A stretch of DNA of 61,567 nt, filler included. It is 10 parts of 10 records of this genome, joined end to end, with 100 filler letters (N's around TTAATTAATTAA, not from the genome) between each part and the next. Parts side by side here need not be neighbours in the genome. Positions count along the whole stretch, not along the records: positions 27,091 to 39,648 come from SRR7504441_518; positions 39,749 to 44,377 come from SRR7504441_521; positions 44,478 to 48,354 come from SRR7504441_522; 7 more parts are not named here. One strand, 5' to 3'. This document shows, piece after piece, positions 34,701 to 46,550 of the stretch. The notes beneath the pieces were generated by a model. The model was not told the origin of the DNA and did not search any database. It was given only the letters and a program-made list of their open reading frames with translations. Numbering within the stretch: position 1 is the first letter of the stretch; each line of letters starts with the position of its first letter. The position numbers were made by a program, and so were the translations under genes.

Positions 34701-37700
34701 AACGGGCTATGTGGCGAAGCCTATTCCTCGACATATGAATGCACCGGCTCCTTGGAGTTTGCATTTTCTTCTGGACTAGTTGAGAATACCGACTACAAAC
34801 TACAGGCTGGATTCAGCAACACTCGGGTGGTCTTGCTTCTACAAGACAGCTTTTGGTTGCCTTCTGGGGAGACCGGCTTCTTATTCCTTGATGCAGTAAA
34901 ACTCATAGGGTTAGCAGATATCAATGCCGGCTGGGCAACAACAAATGCCACAGTGGCATCGATAGTAGATGACCCCGTCTTCCAGGCGAGCAATGCCGGA
35001 CTGTTTTCCAAGGCAACGTCGCTCACAATCTCAGCCACAGGACTCACGACATCCTCCAAGCAGCTGTCCCCCCTTTTCGAAGAAATGTCTTCACTCGTTC
35101 TCACCTTTGATACTGACTCGAGCGTAGTGCTTGAGGTTGGTACGGACTACATCATCCAAACTCCAACAGAGAGCGGCGTCACCCTGTCTCTCGTGGCAGG
35201 CAGAAAATGGTCATTTCCACGCAAGACCCTCAAGCTGACCAGTATAAACCTGCACGGCATGGGGGTAATGACGCGCTTCGGTACACAGGCAGGTGCCCTG
35301 CCTGTCGCCTCGATTGTGGAAGACGCTACTGTGACAACATCCCGAGCCGAGCTTGCTTCAAATGCCGACCAGCTGGTTCTTAGGGGGAGAAACCTTGCGA
35401 ATTCGCTTCAGCTTACGTTTGTTCCCAGCTTGACAAAAGGTAAGGAATATGAGTATGATCGACAAGCAAGTACAGATTCAAAACTGGTACTCACGCTTCA
35501 GGCTGGCTACGAGTGGGTTAGTAGTCCCTACGGGAGCCTGGTCATCGCAGAAATCTCGAGCGATGCAGGGACTCTCCTGGCAACCACCACAGTAAGCAAT
35601 GTGGTCGAAGGGCCCAGCGTTGATGCCAATGACAACGATCTTGGTGCTGAGTTTCCTTATGTGTATATTTACGGTAGCGGCTTTGGATATAAGGCAGGTC
35701 AATTTCAAGTGACAAAACTAACTTTCGACCCAGTCCTTGTTCGTGATGTAGACTACAACATCACTGACCTTTTTGACAGCAGAATCACCCTGAGTCTCAA
35801 ACCTGGCAGGAAGTGGTTTGGCAATGACAACAATCAATTAGTTCTTGTTGACATGGAGATCGCCGGAACCGGTTCTACGGAGGCTAAACAGCTTGGGACC
35901 GGCACCGTCACGATAAATAAGCCGCTGGGAACACTTGTAGATCCTCTAAAGGTATACATCCTGGAGAACGATGTCCCTGTGTCTGCACTCGTAGCGAAAA
36001 TTATTGTGTACGGCAATGGCTTCAGGCCATCTGGAGCGGACCTCGCTGCTGCCACGTGTGAGGAGTATCTTGAGACTCCATTGCTTCAGACGTGACTTGC
36101 TAGCTCAGATTTGATGTCTGAGAATTGCTGTGCTGCAGGTCGCCTCCTCTCGAGCAGGGATCCAACGACCATCCAGGAGACTTCGTCCTCAACGTTCTGA
36201 GTAACAATGAAATGGAATTAATCCTGCAGCCAGGAAAGACCTGGAGGGAGGGAAGCGGTGAACTGCGCGCCGCATCTATACAGGTCTGCCAGGACGGAGG
36301 AACCTATCAAATAGATGCGACACTGGCGTATATCTCTACCCCTTGTATGGGCTCGGCCTGTACCTTGCTCCAGGATAGAGTGCCACACCGAGATTTTGTT
36401 GGAGCAGGCGAGACACAGATATATAACTACACCGTGTGCAGCCGGACCTCGTCCGTGCTCACCCTGACCGCCACTCCCCTGGCTGGATTCTTCACTGTCT
36501 ATGTATCCAGGCTGGGTCTACCAAATCCTAATACCGCAGACAACTCAATGAACTCAAATGAACTCAATGGGCAACCATTGGTGTTTGATATCTCTTTCCC
36601 GGAGAACATGCTTGGACAACAAATGTATATCGCTGTGGTAGGAAGCCAGGATGCCGATTCAGAGTACATCCTCACCATGGCATCACAAGAGTTTCAGCTT
36701 GTGCCTACATCGGAGCCGTTCGAGTTCACGCTTGGTCCCTCCAAAGCCGAGCCGCCTTGTTCAAGCACGTTTTTCTTCGATCTTGCAACCCCAGCAAATC
36801 TCCTGTATGTCAATACTGAGCTTGAGGTGTACCGTGTAAACGGTATCCCAATGGAAAGTACAACGCCATATCTGAACCTGGAGATGCCATCGAATAGCAC
36901 GCTACGAGGTCAGGGGAATCTTGAGACCTCTTCTGGTGAGGGGCCTCTGAGGTCTGGGCGATACAAGTTGGTGATCGATGCAGTCGACACGGTGAAGCTA
37001 AAGATTTTTGTCTCGCCTGTCCAAGTCGTGGAGTACAACACACAAACAGAATCATTTGTTTATTCGAGCGCATATCCTACAGTGCTCCGTATAGATCCTC
37101 CGTGTGGCTTCAGCGGCACCCTCAACATCACCTTTGACATCTCGGTAGCAGCATCAGAGGATGAGGCTGGTGTTGATTTCTACCTTTCACGCAGTCCGAA
37201 ATTGACAGACCTCATCATGCGTACTGAGGAAATGTGGGACCTGGGATTCTCGACACCTCCCACCGCATTAGAGCCCGGCCTCAATTTGGCAACAGCTGGA
37301 GTCGTGAACCGCACTGCCCGAATCGACTACTATGAACTTGGGAAAGGTCCAGAGTACTATATAATGGCAGGATTCCGCAGCACAGCTTCGCAGCCCACCT
37401 GCGATCGTGCATACCCTTTCTCCCTTAGAATTCATACGCATGATGCATTTTTATGTCATCTAGAGCCATTGGAGGGCCCCGATGAAGGTGGTACGCAAGT
37501 GTTGCTCGAAGGTCGCAACTTTGTGCATGGCCAAACCAGCTGCAGATTTGGACGCCGTGTCACAAAAAGGACATTTGCGCCCGGGCACAACGAAGTACTA
37601 AATCCGCTCTGGGGGACTGACGACGATGTGGAATTCGGCAGCGTAGAGGCGACCGTCTTGAACAGCACCCATGCCATCTGCATCTCGCCATACGCGTGCC

Positions 37701-39648
37701 TGAATGGTACTGCTAAGAACTATAACGCCGAGACCGGTGAATGCAGCGAGCCACCTCCGGCTGGGTGGAAACGCAACCTCGATGTGGCCATTTCGAATCA
37801 CCCAGGAGCAGCCCGTATGCCACTCACTGAGTTTGTTGACCGTACCTACTCGAATGTGCTCCCATTCCAGTACTTTTCGAATCCAGAGTTCGTAAGTGTG
37901 GTGCCCACTGCGGGTCCTATGTCCGGTGGGACTAGACTGCAACTTTTCATCAAGGGTGCATCTGAGAATGTACAGAACTTCAGCTCAATCGGATGCATCT
38001 TTGGTTCGCAATATGTTGAAGCAGCTCTCATCAATCTAGAAACAATTGTCTGCACTAGCCCACAAGTTGACCGGGAGACAATCGTGCCCCTGCGGCTTTC
38101 CATAAATGGTCAGATCGCAGCACAAGGCAGCGGCGGGCTTACCTTCTACTGGTTCGACGACAGCTTCCTGGGGACAATAACTTCCATTTTCCCCCAGGGT
38201 GTCGATGGCAGTGGTGGCACACTTATCACTGTTATTGGGCACAATTTTCGCCAGTACGAACCAAACTTGGTTCAATGCCTGTTCGGGACTAATCAGATCG
38301 TAGCCGAAGATGCTACTGAGAACGCGGTGGTCTGTCGGCTACCACCCATCGCTTTAAGCCAACTCTCGGCATCGGCACAACTTCCAGTACGCGTGCAGAT
38401 AAATGGCCAGGACCTATCGCGCACATCAGCCCATCTAACTGTGTATAATGCTGGTACCATCTCACAGTTTGATTATATCACTCCCACCTTCGGACCTATC
38501 ACAGGTGGTACAGCAGTGACTCTGGTAGGGTCTTCATTTCCCAATGTTGGGGGGATGCTCTGTCGACTCAGGTACAAGGACCAGTTGTGGGGAACAATAA
38601 ATGATACCGGGATCACCATGTCGGCATCTTACATTAGCAGCTCAAAGCTTGAATGCACAACCCCAGCAATGCCAGAGCTGAGCATCAGCAAGCGAGAATA
38701 CACAATTGGTCTCAGCCTAAATGGAGGGTACGATTGGTTTGTCGAGATGGTACCGGAGATGGAGGGTACCAAAGGTTTCCCGCTTCTCTCGCCAAACCTG
38801 ACATTCTTTTACAAACAAGACATAGCTATCACCGAGACCCCATTCCCAAACTCGGGTCCAATCGCCGGAGGCGTTTTGGTCCGTCCCCTTTATCCCTGCA
38901 TGCCTTATACTGAGTATGGCTTGCCACAGGTAACGATCACTGGCTCCGGATTCGGGGTGCCCGACAAAGCTGGCGTCTTGGGGCCTGGAGGGACTCCACT
39001 GTGTCGATTTGGTTCGTCAGTGGTTGAAGCGGTCTCCACTATCGAGGTCAACAAAACAGCCGGCAGTCCAAACGAGGTCGTTTCGGAGCGGATGACATGC
39101 AGATCGCCTGCTGGACAGGCTGGGAAAGTGTCACTAGAAGTTGCTGTGAACGCACAACACTTTTCAGCATCGGGCTATCAATTTGAGTATGCCAAGCCTG
39201 TGGGATACTCTCGCGCGATTATCAATGCCAGCGCGACATTTGACACACTGCGGCCGACTGATTTTGACACTCTCCTGATGGATGTGTTCCTAGAGTCCAT
39301 GTTGCGAGCAGTTCCAAGCCTGCCACGTGATGCTGTCAGCCCGTCGGCTGTCAGCCAGAGTACAGCTCAGAGTGTACCTACTGGTAACACCAAGCCAGAC
39401 CTCACACAGTATGACTATACTGCCAGTCAACGGCGCGTTCCCGAAGCAGCCGGGGCAACTGTCTGGTTCCAGATCAATTACTTCGGCATGCCATCCGACC
39501 AGGTAATAGAGATATTATATGCTGCTTTCAACGGCACTGATGGCTTCAGCTCCACATTCAAGCAGGAGGCCATTCGTCAAGGCAAACTCGGACTCATCGT
39601 GAATAGCCCGATCGATCTGGTCCAACTCGAGATCGCTTTGGTAGCTGG
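28718..39648 (+). CDS. Giant secreted/surface protein (>3,400 aa, 3'-truncated): many ~100-aa TIG-like repeats followed by five canonical IPT/TIG domains
   Basis: Signal peptide MAAWLGGAVVMGFLAVAAG; recurring IxGxG[FL]G..FxPxLxxGxDY..LxLxxGKxW; IPT motifs PLEGPDEGGT, PTAGPMSGGT, PQGVDGSGGT, PTFGPITGGT, PNSGPIAGG; consecutive ORFs joined by short introns. Confidence 0.85.
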
Positions 39649-39748
39649 NNNNNNNNNNNNNNNNNNNNNNNNNNNNNNNNNNNNNNNNNNNNTTAATTAA
39701 TTAANNNNNNNNNNNNNNNNNNNNNNNNNNNNNNNNNNNNNNNNNNNN
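39649..39748. other. Artificial contig-joining spacer
   Basis: N/TTAATTAATTAA/N, 100 nt. Confidence 0.98.
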
Positions 39749-40288
39749 GCGGTGCAGTGCGCGTACATTGAGTGCCACACGGAGCTGCGTGAGGGCGCTG
39801 TGCCACTTTCAGTGGACCTCTCCAGGCTGCAAGTGCACCGACCGCCGGAGCTTTGCGTGCGGCTGTGTGAACACAACTGGGTGGCGCTGTCGGCGCCAAT
39901 CCGGATGGCGGCGGCGGTGCCTTGTGGGGAAGTGGGAAGATTCCAGCAGCAGCTTCCGTGCCAGGTGCAGGGGGTGTTGCACTGCATAGTGGTGTGGTTC
40001 GTGGAGCTGTGGGGCGGCCGCAGCGTCGACTTTGGGCCGAGCTGCGAGGAGTCTCACGCCTGTCAGCTGGCCTTCATGCCGCCCAGCTTTGAGCGCATCC
40101 AGGCGGGCGATCAGCTGCTGTTGGAGTGTGCTACCGACGACGAGCTCGTCATTGCTTCGGTCCGGCGTGTGGAGGCCTCAGATCCGGCGGCGCAACTTCC
40201 AGTGCACCAGCAGGCGGAATGTTGTGCCGACCGCGGCACAGGTGACGGTACGACGGCTAAGCGCACCAAACGTGCCGAGGATTCATGA
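39749..40288 (+). CDS. C-terminal fragment of a protein arginine methyltransferase-like (PRMT7/9-type beta-barrel) protein
   Basis: GVLHCIVVWF..GPSCEESHACQLAF resembles the PRMT barrel/THW-loop region; 5'-truncated. Confidence 0.5.
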   Translation, partial: AVQCAYIECHTELREGAVPLSVDLSRLQVHRPPELCVRLCEHNWVALSAPIRMAAAVPCGEVGRFQQQLPCQVQGVLHCIVVWFVELWGGRSVDFGPSCEESHACQLAFMPPSFERIQAGDQLLLECATDDELVIASVRRVEASDPAAQLPVHQQAECCADRGTGDGTTAKRTKRAEDS

Positions 40289-40667
40289 CCTAGGCGCATG
40301 CTAGGCGCATGCACCACTATGATCGTAGCCGTACGTAATAAAAGTAAAAATACATGCCGCGCGCCAAGCGGTTGCGTCTATGTTTGGACTGGAGCCAACT
40401 GGGCTTTCCCTCCAGGTATATTATCGGAGTGTGAGCTTGCTCTCACACGGTATCTGGTTAGTGGCTTAGTGGGACTGGATACAACATAAAGCTACTCAAA
40501 TGATGGTTAGCTCTTCCACCCTCTTCCTCACAAGACGTAAATATCTCTAGATCGGTACAATTTGTTTTTTCATTTTTTCACACAGTGTATATGTTAATTT
40601 TTGCACAATCTCATACTCAAGCTAAAAAGAGCTCTTTTTTATTTACTTGCATGCAATGCATGGTTAA

Positions 40668-41846
40668 TTAAACAATTAGGAAACCCGCTGGGGCGTTATC
40701 ATCAGGACACCCCGTTGTCCACTTCAACTTCATACAATGGGCGTGCTTGGTGTGAGCATCCACGCCTGCCATAGGTGTAAAGCATTTGTTCCCATCCACG
40801 GGTTGTCCCTCTGCCGTGAAGCAGTTAAACATCCGTTTCAACGTGATATAGTTGCTGCCATCTGCGGTGCCGATGGCCTTTACAAAGGTTGAGATTTGAG
40901 TCTTGGTGCTGTGACGGTCAGGTCGGTAAGGTACCCAGCCAAACTTGACGTAGGCCGCCTCATGCTCCTTCGGATCGGTTTCCCAATCTTTGAACATACA
41001 TTCACCTTTTGGACCACAGGTTGTTCGTATAGGGGCGTGTTCGGGCATGTTCTGAATGCTCTGTATTGGAACATACCGAGAGATAGACTTTTGCTTCGCC
41101 ACCCGGGACACCATGGCCTTGCAAAGTCGTCTGGTAGACCCTGGCTGCATCGTACAACTTTCCCAGTCATTCTTGTCATAATAGCGACTCTCTTGGAAAG
41201 CGCAATCCCCCGCCAGGGAGCAATATTGATCCGTGAGTTTGGACGGTTTCTGGGGTGCCCGCCATGTGTGCGCATCTGTCTTCATAAAGGTATCCTCCCC
41301 GGCGGAAGCGCACTCCGCTGGGTTATGTGCTCGTCCCTCCTGCCTGCCATGGAGCTCCCAATGATTCTTGCATTTGGCAGCTACCTCCCCGGTCTGGCAG
41401 CACCTTCCTCCACAGAACGCCTGCATCAGGTCGTCGTGCTTGTTGCAGTAATTGTTATAGCAAGCGGCTGCAGAGCCACCGCTGGAATCGCATTTACCAA
41501 CAAGGCACTGCTCTGGATCAGGGCCTCTACCCTCTTTCTTACCTGATTGTTCCCAATGGAGTTTGCAGTGTGCAGCGGTCACTACGGTGTTGCACTCTGC
41601 CCCGCCACAAAAAGCGTTCTTAAGATCGGCGTGCCCGTTGCAGTACGTGTTGTAGCATCCCGCGCTGATCTCAGAGGGAGATGCGGTGGAGTAAGTCTGG
41701 TGAGAAGTGTGTTGAACGGCCCCTGCAGCCGCAGCGTTGGATACCAAGAAGGCGACAATGACGAACAGGGTGCGTGCCCCCCGAACGACCCCACTCTGTT
41801 GCATTGGCAGCATTGTGTCACGCCAAGGTGTGCCTTGGCGATCCAA
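40668..41846 (-). CDS. Secreted Cys-rich protein with two Y..H.DL..AF..HW..G..EGR repeats
   Basis: Hydrophobic leader TLFVIVAFLVSNAAAAGA; two ~50-aa repeats with 6 aligned Cys; intronless 392-aa ORF. Confidence 0.8.
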   Translation of the reverse strand: MDRQGTPWRDTMLPMQQSGVVRGARTLFVIVAFLVSNAAAAGAVQHTSHQTYSTASPSEISAGCYNTYCNGHADLKNAFCGGAECNTVVTAAHCKLHWEQSGKKEGRGPDPEQCLVGKCDSSGGSAAACYNNYCNKHDDLMQAFCGGRCCQTGEVAAKCKNHWELHGRQEGRAHNPAECASAGEDTFMKTDAHTWRAPQKPSKLTDQYCSLAGDCAFQESRYYDKNDWESCTMQPGSTRRLCKAMVSRVAKQKSISRYVPIQSIQNMPEHAPIRTTCGPKGECMFKDWETDPKEHEAAYVKFGWVPYRPDRHSTKTQISTFVKAIGTADGSNYITLKRMFNCFTAEGQPVDGNKCFTPMAGVDAHTKHAHCMKLKWTTGCPDDNAPAGFLIV

Positions 41847-41884
41847 TGCCTGATGAATGTGTCCGTTATTTTAAAGGCTGGATC

Positions 41885-42316
41885 ATGCTCGAGGTGGCCG
41901 AGCTGGACAGCTTGGACCCGCCCGCGCGGGAGGAGATCGTGCGGCAGGCGGCCGCGCTCGAGACGCACATTTTCGGCTCGGCGCACACCGAGTGCGGCTT
42001 CCGCCAGGCGCTGGCCCAGCCGCGGGCTCGGCTGGTGGTGGCGGTGCCGGGGTGCGCGGGGTACTGCCTGTACAGCTCCGGCAGCTTGGCCGGTCGGGTC
42101 GTCAAGCTGGCGGTGGCCGAGGAGCACAGGGGGGCGGGGCTGGGCGCCCGGCTGCTGGGGGCGGCGCTGGACGCGCTGCGGCGGCAGGGCAAGTCGTGCG
42201 TGACACTGGCGGTGGAGCAGGACAGGGCGGCGGCGGTGCGGCTGTATCGCCGGGCCGGGTTCACGGTAGACGCGGACGACGGCGACGAGTACAGGATGGT
42301 GCTGGAGTGGGGCTAG
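41885..42316 (+). CDS. GNAT N-acetyltransferase (RimI-like)
   Basis: KLAVAEEHRGAGLGARLL (acetyl-CoA motif A) and AAVRLYRRAGF. Confidence 0.9.
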   Translation: MLEVAELDSLDPPAREEIVRQAAALETHIFGSAHTECGFRQALAQPRARLVVAVPGCAGYCLYSSGSLAGRVVKLAVAEEHRGAGLGARLLGAALDALRRQGKSCVTLAVEQDRAAAVRLYRRAGFTVDADDGDEYRMVLEWG

Positions 42317-42365
42317 CAGCTGGCGTGGCCTCGTGCATAAAAGCTATTTATGAATCATTTATTTA

Positions 42366-43153
42366 TCATAGGTTTGATGCCGGATCCTGTTGCTTCTTTT
42401 TTAGCTTTTTCTTCACCTTCTTCAGCAGCGCCCGCGGGCCCGCACTATCCCGCTCAGCCGGCGTCGCCGCCGCCTTGTCCTTCTTCTTCGCCTTCTTCAG
42501 CTTCTTCTTTGGTTGCGTCCCCGATTCTTCGCTTTCCTTATCCCGTTTCTTCCCCTTGCCTGGTTTGGCCCGCTTGCTCTCCCCGCCCGCCTGCTGCTCC
42601 TCCGCCACCTTCCGAGCCACGGCCGCCTGCTTCTGCGAGGTCGGCGCGCCCTGCTCATGAGAGAACTTGCAGCCAGCTCCCCGAGTGCAGCTACCATTCA
42701 GAAACGCGTAGCACGCCGGCCGGGGCAGCGCCGCGACGTGCCGTTGGCGGGCGGCTGCGATCCGGGAGAGCTCGGTCGGGGGCACGGTGGGTCGCACGTT
42801 GATGGTCCGTCCGTTGAAGCTCGACCGGTGCAGGCTGAGCCCCTTTTCGACCGATTCGCTGTCGACCAGGTCCACGAACGCCACTCCGGTGAACTTGCCG
42901 GCCTTGAGCACGATGCGGCAGCTGGCCACCGCGCAGCCGGCCTGCTCGAACATCCCGCGGATGTCGTCCTTGGTGCACCCGAACGGGAGTTGATTCACTG
43001 GCCCCACCGTCGGACGCCCGCGGGCTCGGGCTGGCGCGCACCGTGCAGCGAGGGCGTCTGCGGCCCGGTCGGGGCGGGCGCGGGCGGAGGTGGTGCCTTG
43101 GCCGTGCTGTCGTAGTGCGCCAGGATCTCCGCCAGCGACAACGTCTCCGGCAT
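42366..43153 (-). CDS. RRM + CCCH zinc-finger protein with Lys-rich tail
   Basis: Spliced SLHVNQLPF (RNP2, across a 44-nt GT-AG intron), TGVAFVDL (RNP1), CYAFLNGSCTRGAGCKFSH. Confidence 0.88.
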
Positions 43154-43297
43154 CCTGCCCGCGCTGCAGGAGCCAAACACCCTCCCCCTTCGTGCGGTTC
43201 TTCCGTTGGGAAAACTCACCTGTAACCGCCAAGCTTCCCGCCCCGACACCACACGCAAGCGGTCGAGCCGAGCAAAGCCGTCTGACTCGGGGTCAGG

Positions 43298-44377
43298 ATG
43301 GCTTACCACCCCGCTGCGTACCCCCGCTCGACGTCGCCGTATGCCCGTGGGCCGGACCCCCACTTCCCCTACGCTGTCACCAGGAGCCACGTACCCGCCC
43401 CCAATGGGTACCCGCCCCGCCCGCCCGCCCCCACCCGGCACCAGGCTCACCTGGGGAAAGCCCGAGGCGGCCCTGGCTGCCAAGCCCGAGGCGGCCAAGA
43501 AGCCCCCATCTTGGGTGACCGGCCGGCCGCTGGACCGCTGAGCCGCCGGCAGTTCGGCGGGGCGAAGGTCTACGAGTGCAAGGTGGAGGCGCCCGGTGTT
43601 GCCTACCGCAACTCCCCCGACTTCGCAGACAAGGCGCCGGCCGGGCCGGGCTGGGCTGACCGTTGGGACAGAACGCCGACGTGCAAGGGCCATACTCGCC
43701 GCAGGTGATCATCTCGGATGGCTACAAGTCCGGTGCGAGCTCGCCTTGATCTGGGGCCGAGCCCCGCCGACAGAGGGTAAGCTGGTGTTCCTCAAGTGCA
43801 TGTCTGGCTGCGGCTGGCTGCCCACAACCGACGCAAAGGTGGGCCGGGCCAGCGGGCTGCTCTGATTCGTGCACAGGGCAAGAAGGTCCTTTTCAAATAT
43901 CTGGGCAAGAAGGACGACCTGGACCTGTCCAAATACTCGCTCTGCTGCCCGGCGGTCGAGATCAACCCGGGCGACCACGCCATGTGCGACATCCACGACA
44001 GGTGGTGCGCCCCGCGCGGCTGCCCCGAGCGGTGGGCGAAGGCTGGACGAGCTGGAAAGGACCCGTTACCGGCCGCCATCGCCCCAGCGGGAGATCTACG
44101 AGCGCCAGCTGTACAGCAAGGACGAGGTCGAGCCGATACAGGTCCAACTCTCAAAGGAGATTGTGCGGCGCGCGCCGGCTGGCCGTCACTGTGTGGGCTA
44201 GGCGGCAAAGGAGGCGGCGGAGAAGGAGGCCACCCTGTGGAAGAACAAGTGCGCCATGATGGAAGCGCAGCTGGCGACGGCCAACAAGGAGAAGGACATG
44301 TGGATGTCTCGGGCGCTCAAGGACGCAGAGGCGTTGAAGCTGATGCACATGGCGCTCATGTCACAGCAGGATCTGAC
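43298..44377 (+). CDS. Multi-exon protein with an SH3b-like beta domain and coiled coil (3'-truncated)
   Basis: Seven 37-41-nt introns (one GC-AG, 43634-43671) give YECKVEAPGVAYRNSPDFADKNADVQGP..FLKCMSGCGWLP; a helical region follows. Confidence 0.6.
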
Positions 44378-44477
44378 NNNNNNNNNNNNNNNNNNNNNNN
44401 NNNNNNNNNNNNNNNNNNNNNTTAATTAATTAANNNNNNNNNNNNNNNNNNNNNNNNNNNNNNNNNNNNNNNNNNNN
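44378..44477. other. Artificial contig-joining spacer
   Basis: N/TTAATTAATTAA/N, 100 nt. Confidence 0.98.
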
Positions 44478-44759
44478 TCCTAGGCCAGGTGCGTCCCTCG
44501 TCCCCCCACCCCCCCCCCGCCCCTCTCCGCCCGCACCCTTCCCCGTCATGGTCACCACAGCGCCGGGGCACAGCGGGGGCCGGCGGTCTGCAAAGCTGGC
44601 GCTTGGCCCCTCATCGGGCCGGCCAGCAGCGGCACGCCTGTCTGCCTGGAGGCTGTTTCCCCTCGATGTCGACCCGCCCTTTCCCTCCCGCTCTGATAGT
44701 GTGGCCACTCCTCCCCGCCCCGCACTGCGGCGGCTGGGCCGTAGGCTGACTCCCCGATC

Positions 44760-46191
44760 ATGGCAGGACTATGCGCTGGCCGATGGATCGCTGCACGACG
44801 ACGGCTGGGCCAGTCGGCGGGCCGACATCATGGAGCGCGCCTCAGCGTAACTTCCCATCTGCCTGATTCTGGCCCTAATGCACTGCTAGCTGCCCGCGCA
44901 CCTGTCGTTGTCGTATCGCCTGCGAGGTGTGGCGACGTTGACGGCAGCGGACAGGAACGCCCAACTGCGCGACTCCGAGAAGGTGGAGCGCCGGCTGAAG
45001 TGTCAGCAGGAAGAATTCCTGGTGAGTTAGAGTAAACTGTATTCGACTGCGAGTGGCGAGTGAGGCTAGAGAGAGGCTCACAGCGTTGCCTTATTAACTG
45101 TGGCGGTGCAGGGCTGCCTGAAGCAGCACGAGGACGACAAATTGACGCTAGGCAAGTACCTGCAGGAGCTCGAAGCCAAGAACGCCAAGCTGGAGGCTGA
45201 GAAGGCTGAGATGCAACAGCAGCTGGATGAGGCAGGCTATCGTGCAGAGAACTTCCAACTGGCAATCGACGAGTTTAGAGAGGAGAGGGAGTCGCTGCTC
45301 AAGTACTGGAAGCAGGACCAGAAGAAGCTGGCCAAGCTTGTGGGCCCGGACTATGATCAGATGGACGTGAAAGATGTAAAGCTGATTGACATCTATGCAA
45401 GCGAGATAGTACAGGAGCAGCCGGGCGGTGGCGCAGAGGCGGGTGGAGAGCTTTCCACGTTCCAGAAGCGTATGCAGGCCCGAACCAGGGACCTGCACAG
45501 CTCGTTGACTAACGAGAAGTCTGTCCAGTTCAGGCTGAACCCCGATGGCACGCTCTCAAAAGCGCCCGAGCCAGCCTCGCGGGGCGAGCAGGCCGACCCT
45601 GACCAGACCCAGTGCTACTACTCGCCACTCGATGGCTGCTTCCACATCCTGGGCGAGGAGGAGAAGAAGCTTGCCGCTAAGGCCGGCGCTACCCTCAACA
45701 CGGCAGTCCTCGGGCAAGAGTCGGAGGAGGTGCGAAAACTCTCGCGTAGAGTGGCCGAATTAGAGTTCTCCGCCACGCTCTCCGGGTCCTCTCTCGAGGA
45801 GCTCCAGGCGCTCCAGGAGCAGCTGGCTGCTGCGCAGAGCGAGGCCAGTCGGGCCAAGCAGCGTGCAGAGGCGGCCGAAACACTCTCAGCCCGGACCCGG
45901 TTAGAACTGGAAGGGGTCAAAAGCTCAGCTGGCCGGCCATCTGATGGGATGTCGGCCTCGCTGCAAAATCAAGTACAGGAGCTGAGCTCGAAGCTCCAGG
46001 CAAGCAATGAGGAGAAGGATAAACTCAAGATGCAGCATGCTAAGGAGAAGGACATGTTTATGTCGATTGCAGATGGTCTCGGCAAGGAGGTCACTGAGAC
46101 GCAGCGGGCGCTGGCGGCTGTCTTTGAATCTTACCCGCACCTTAAGGATATGGTACAGCAATCAATGGTAGCTGGGCATCCAGCAAGTTGA
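44760..46191 (+). CDS. Coiled-coil protein; 5' exons unresolved
   Basis: 363-aa terminal ORF 45100-46191 with heptad composition; short-intron signals upstream. Confidence 0.65.
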
Positions 46192-46550
46192 GCTCGATTC
46201 AAGCTGGGTTGAACAATTTAGCACAATCAAACTAGAAACATGTAGAAAGGTTGTTGCGGACTAGTAAAAACCAAGGTACATTCATACTTGCGAGTTCTTG
46301 TAGTGGCTCAATATTTTATCAACATTTCACTGCCACTCAGTACATGAATAAGTAAATGGAATCTTTGGTACCGTAACGATCCCAAACAGCTAAGCTTACA
46401 ATCATGAAAGATTACGTAGCTCGCCTGACGCCAACTTCGCACCTCATGAGCTAGCTTCAGTAGCCTTCAGAAGCTACCTCAGAGCTGTCCACCTAGAGCC
46501 GGAAGACGTCATTCCACTCAGAATGAGAGCAACCCCATCAAAATATATCA

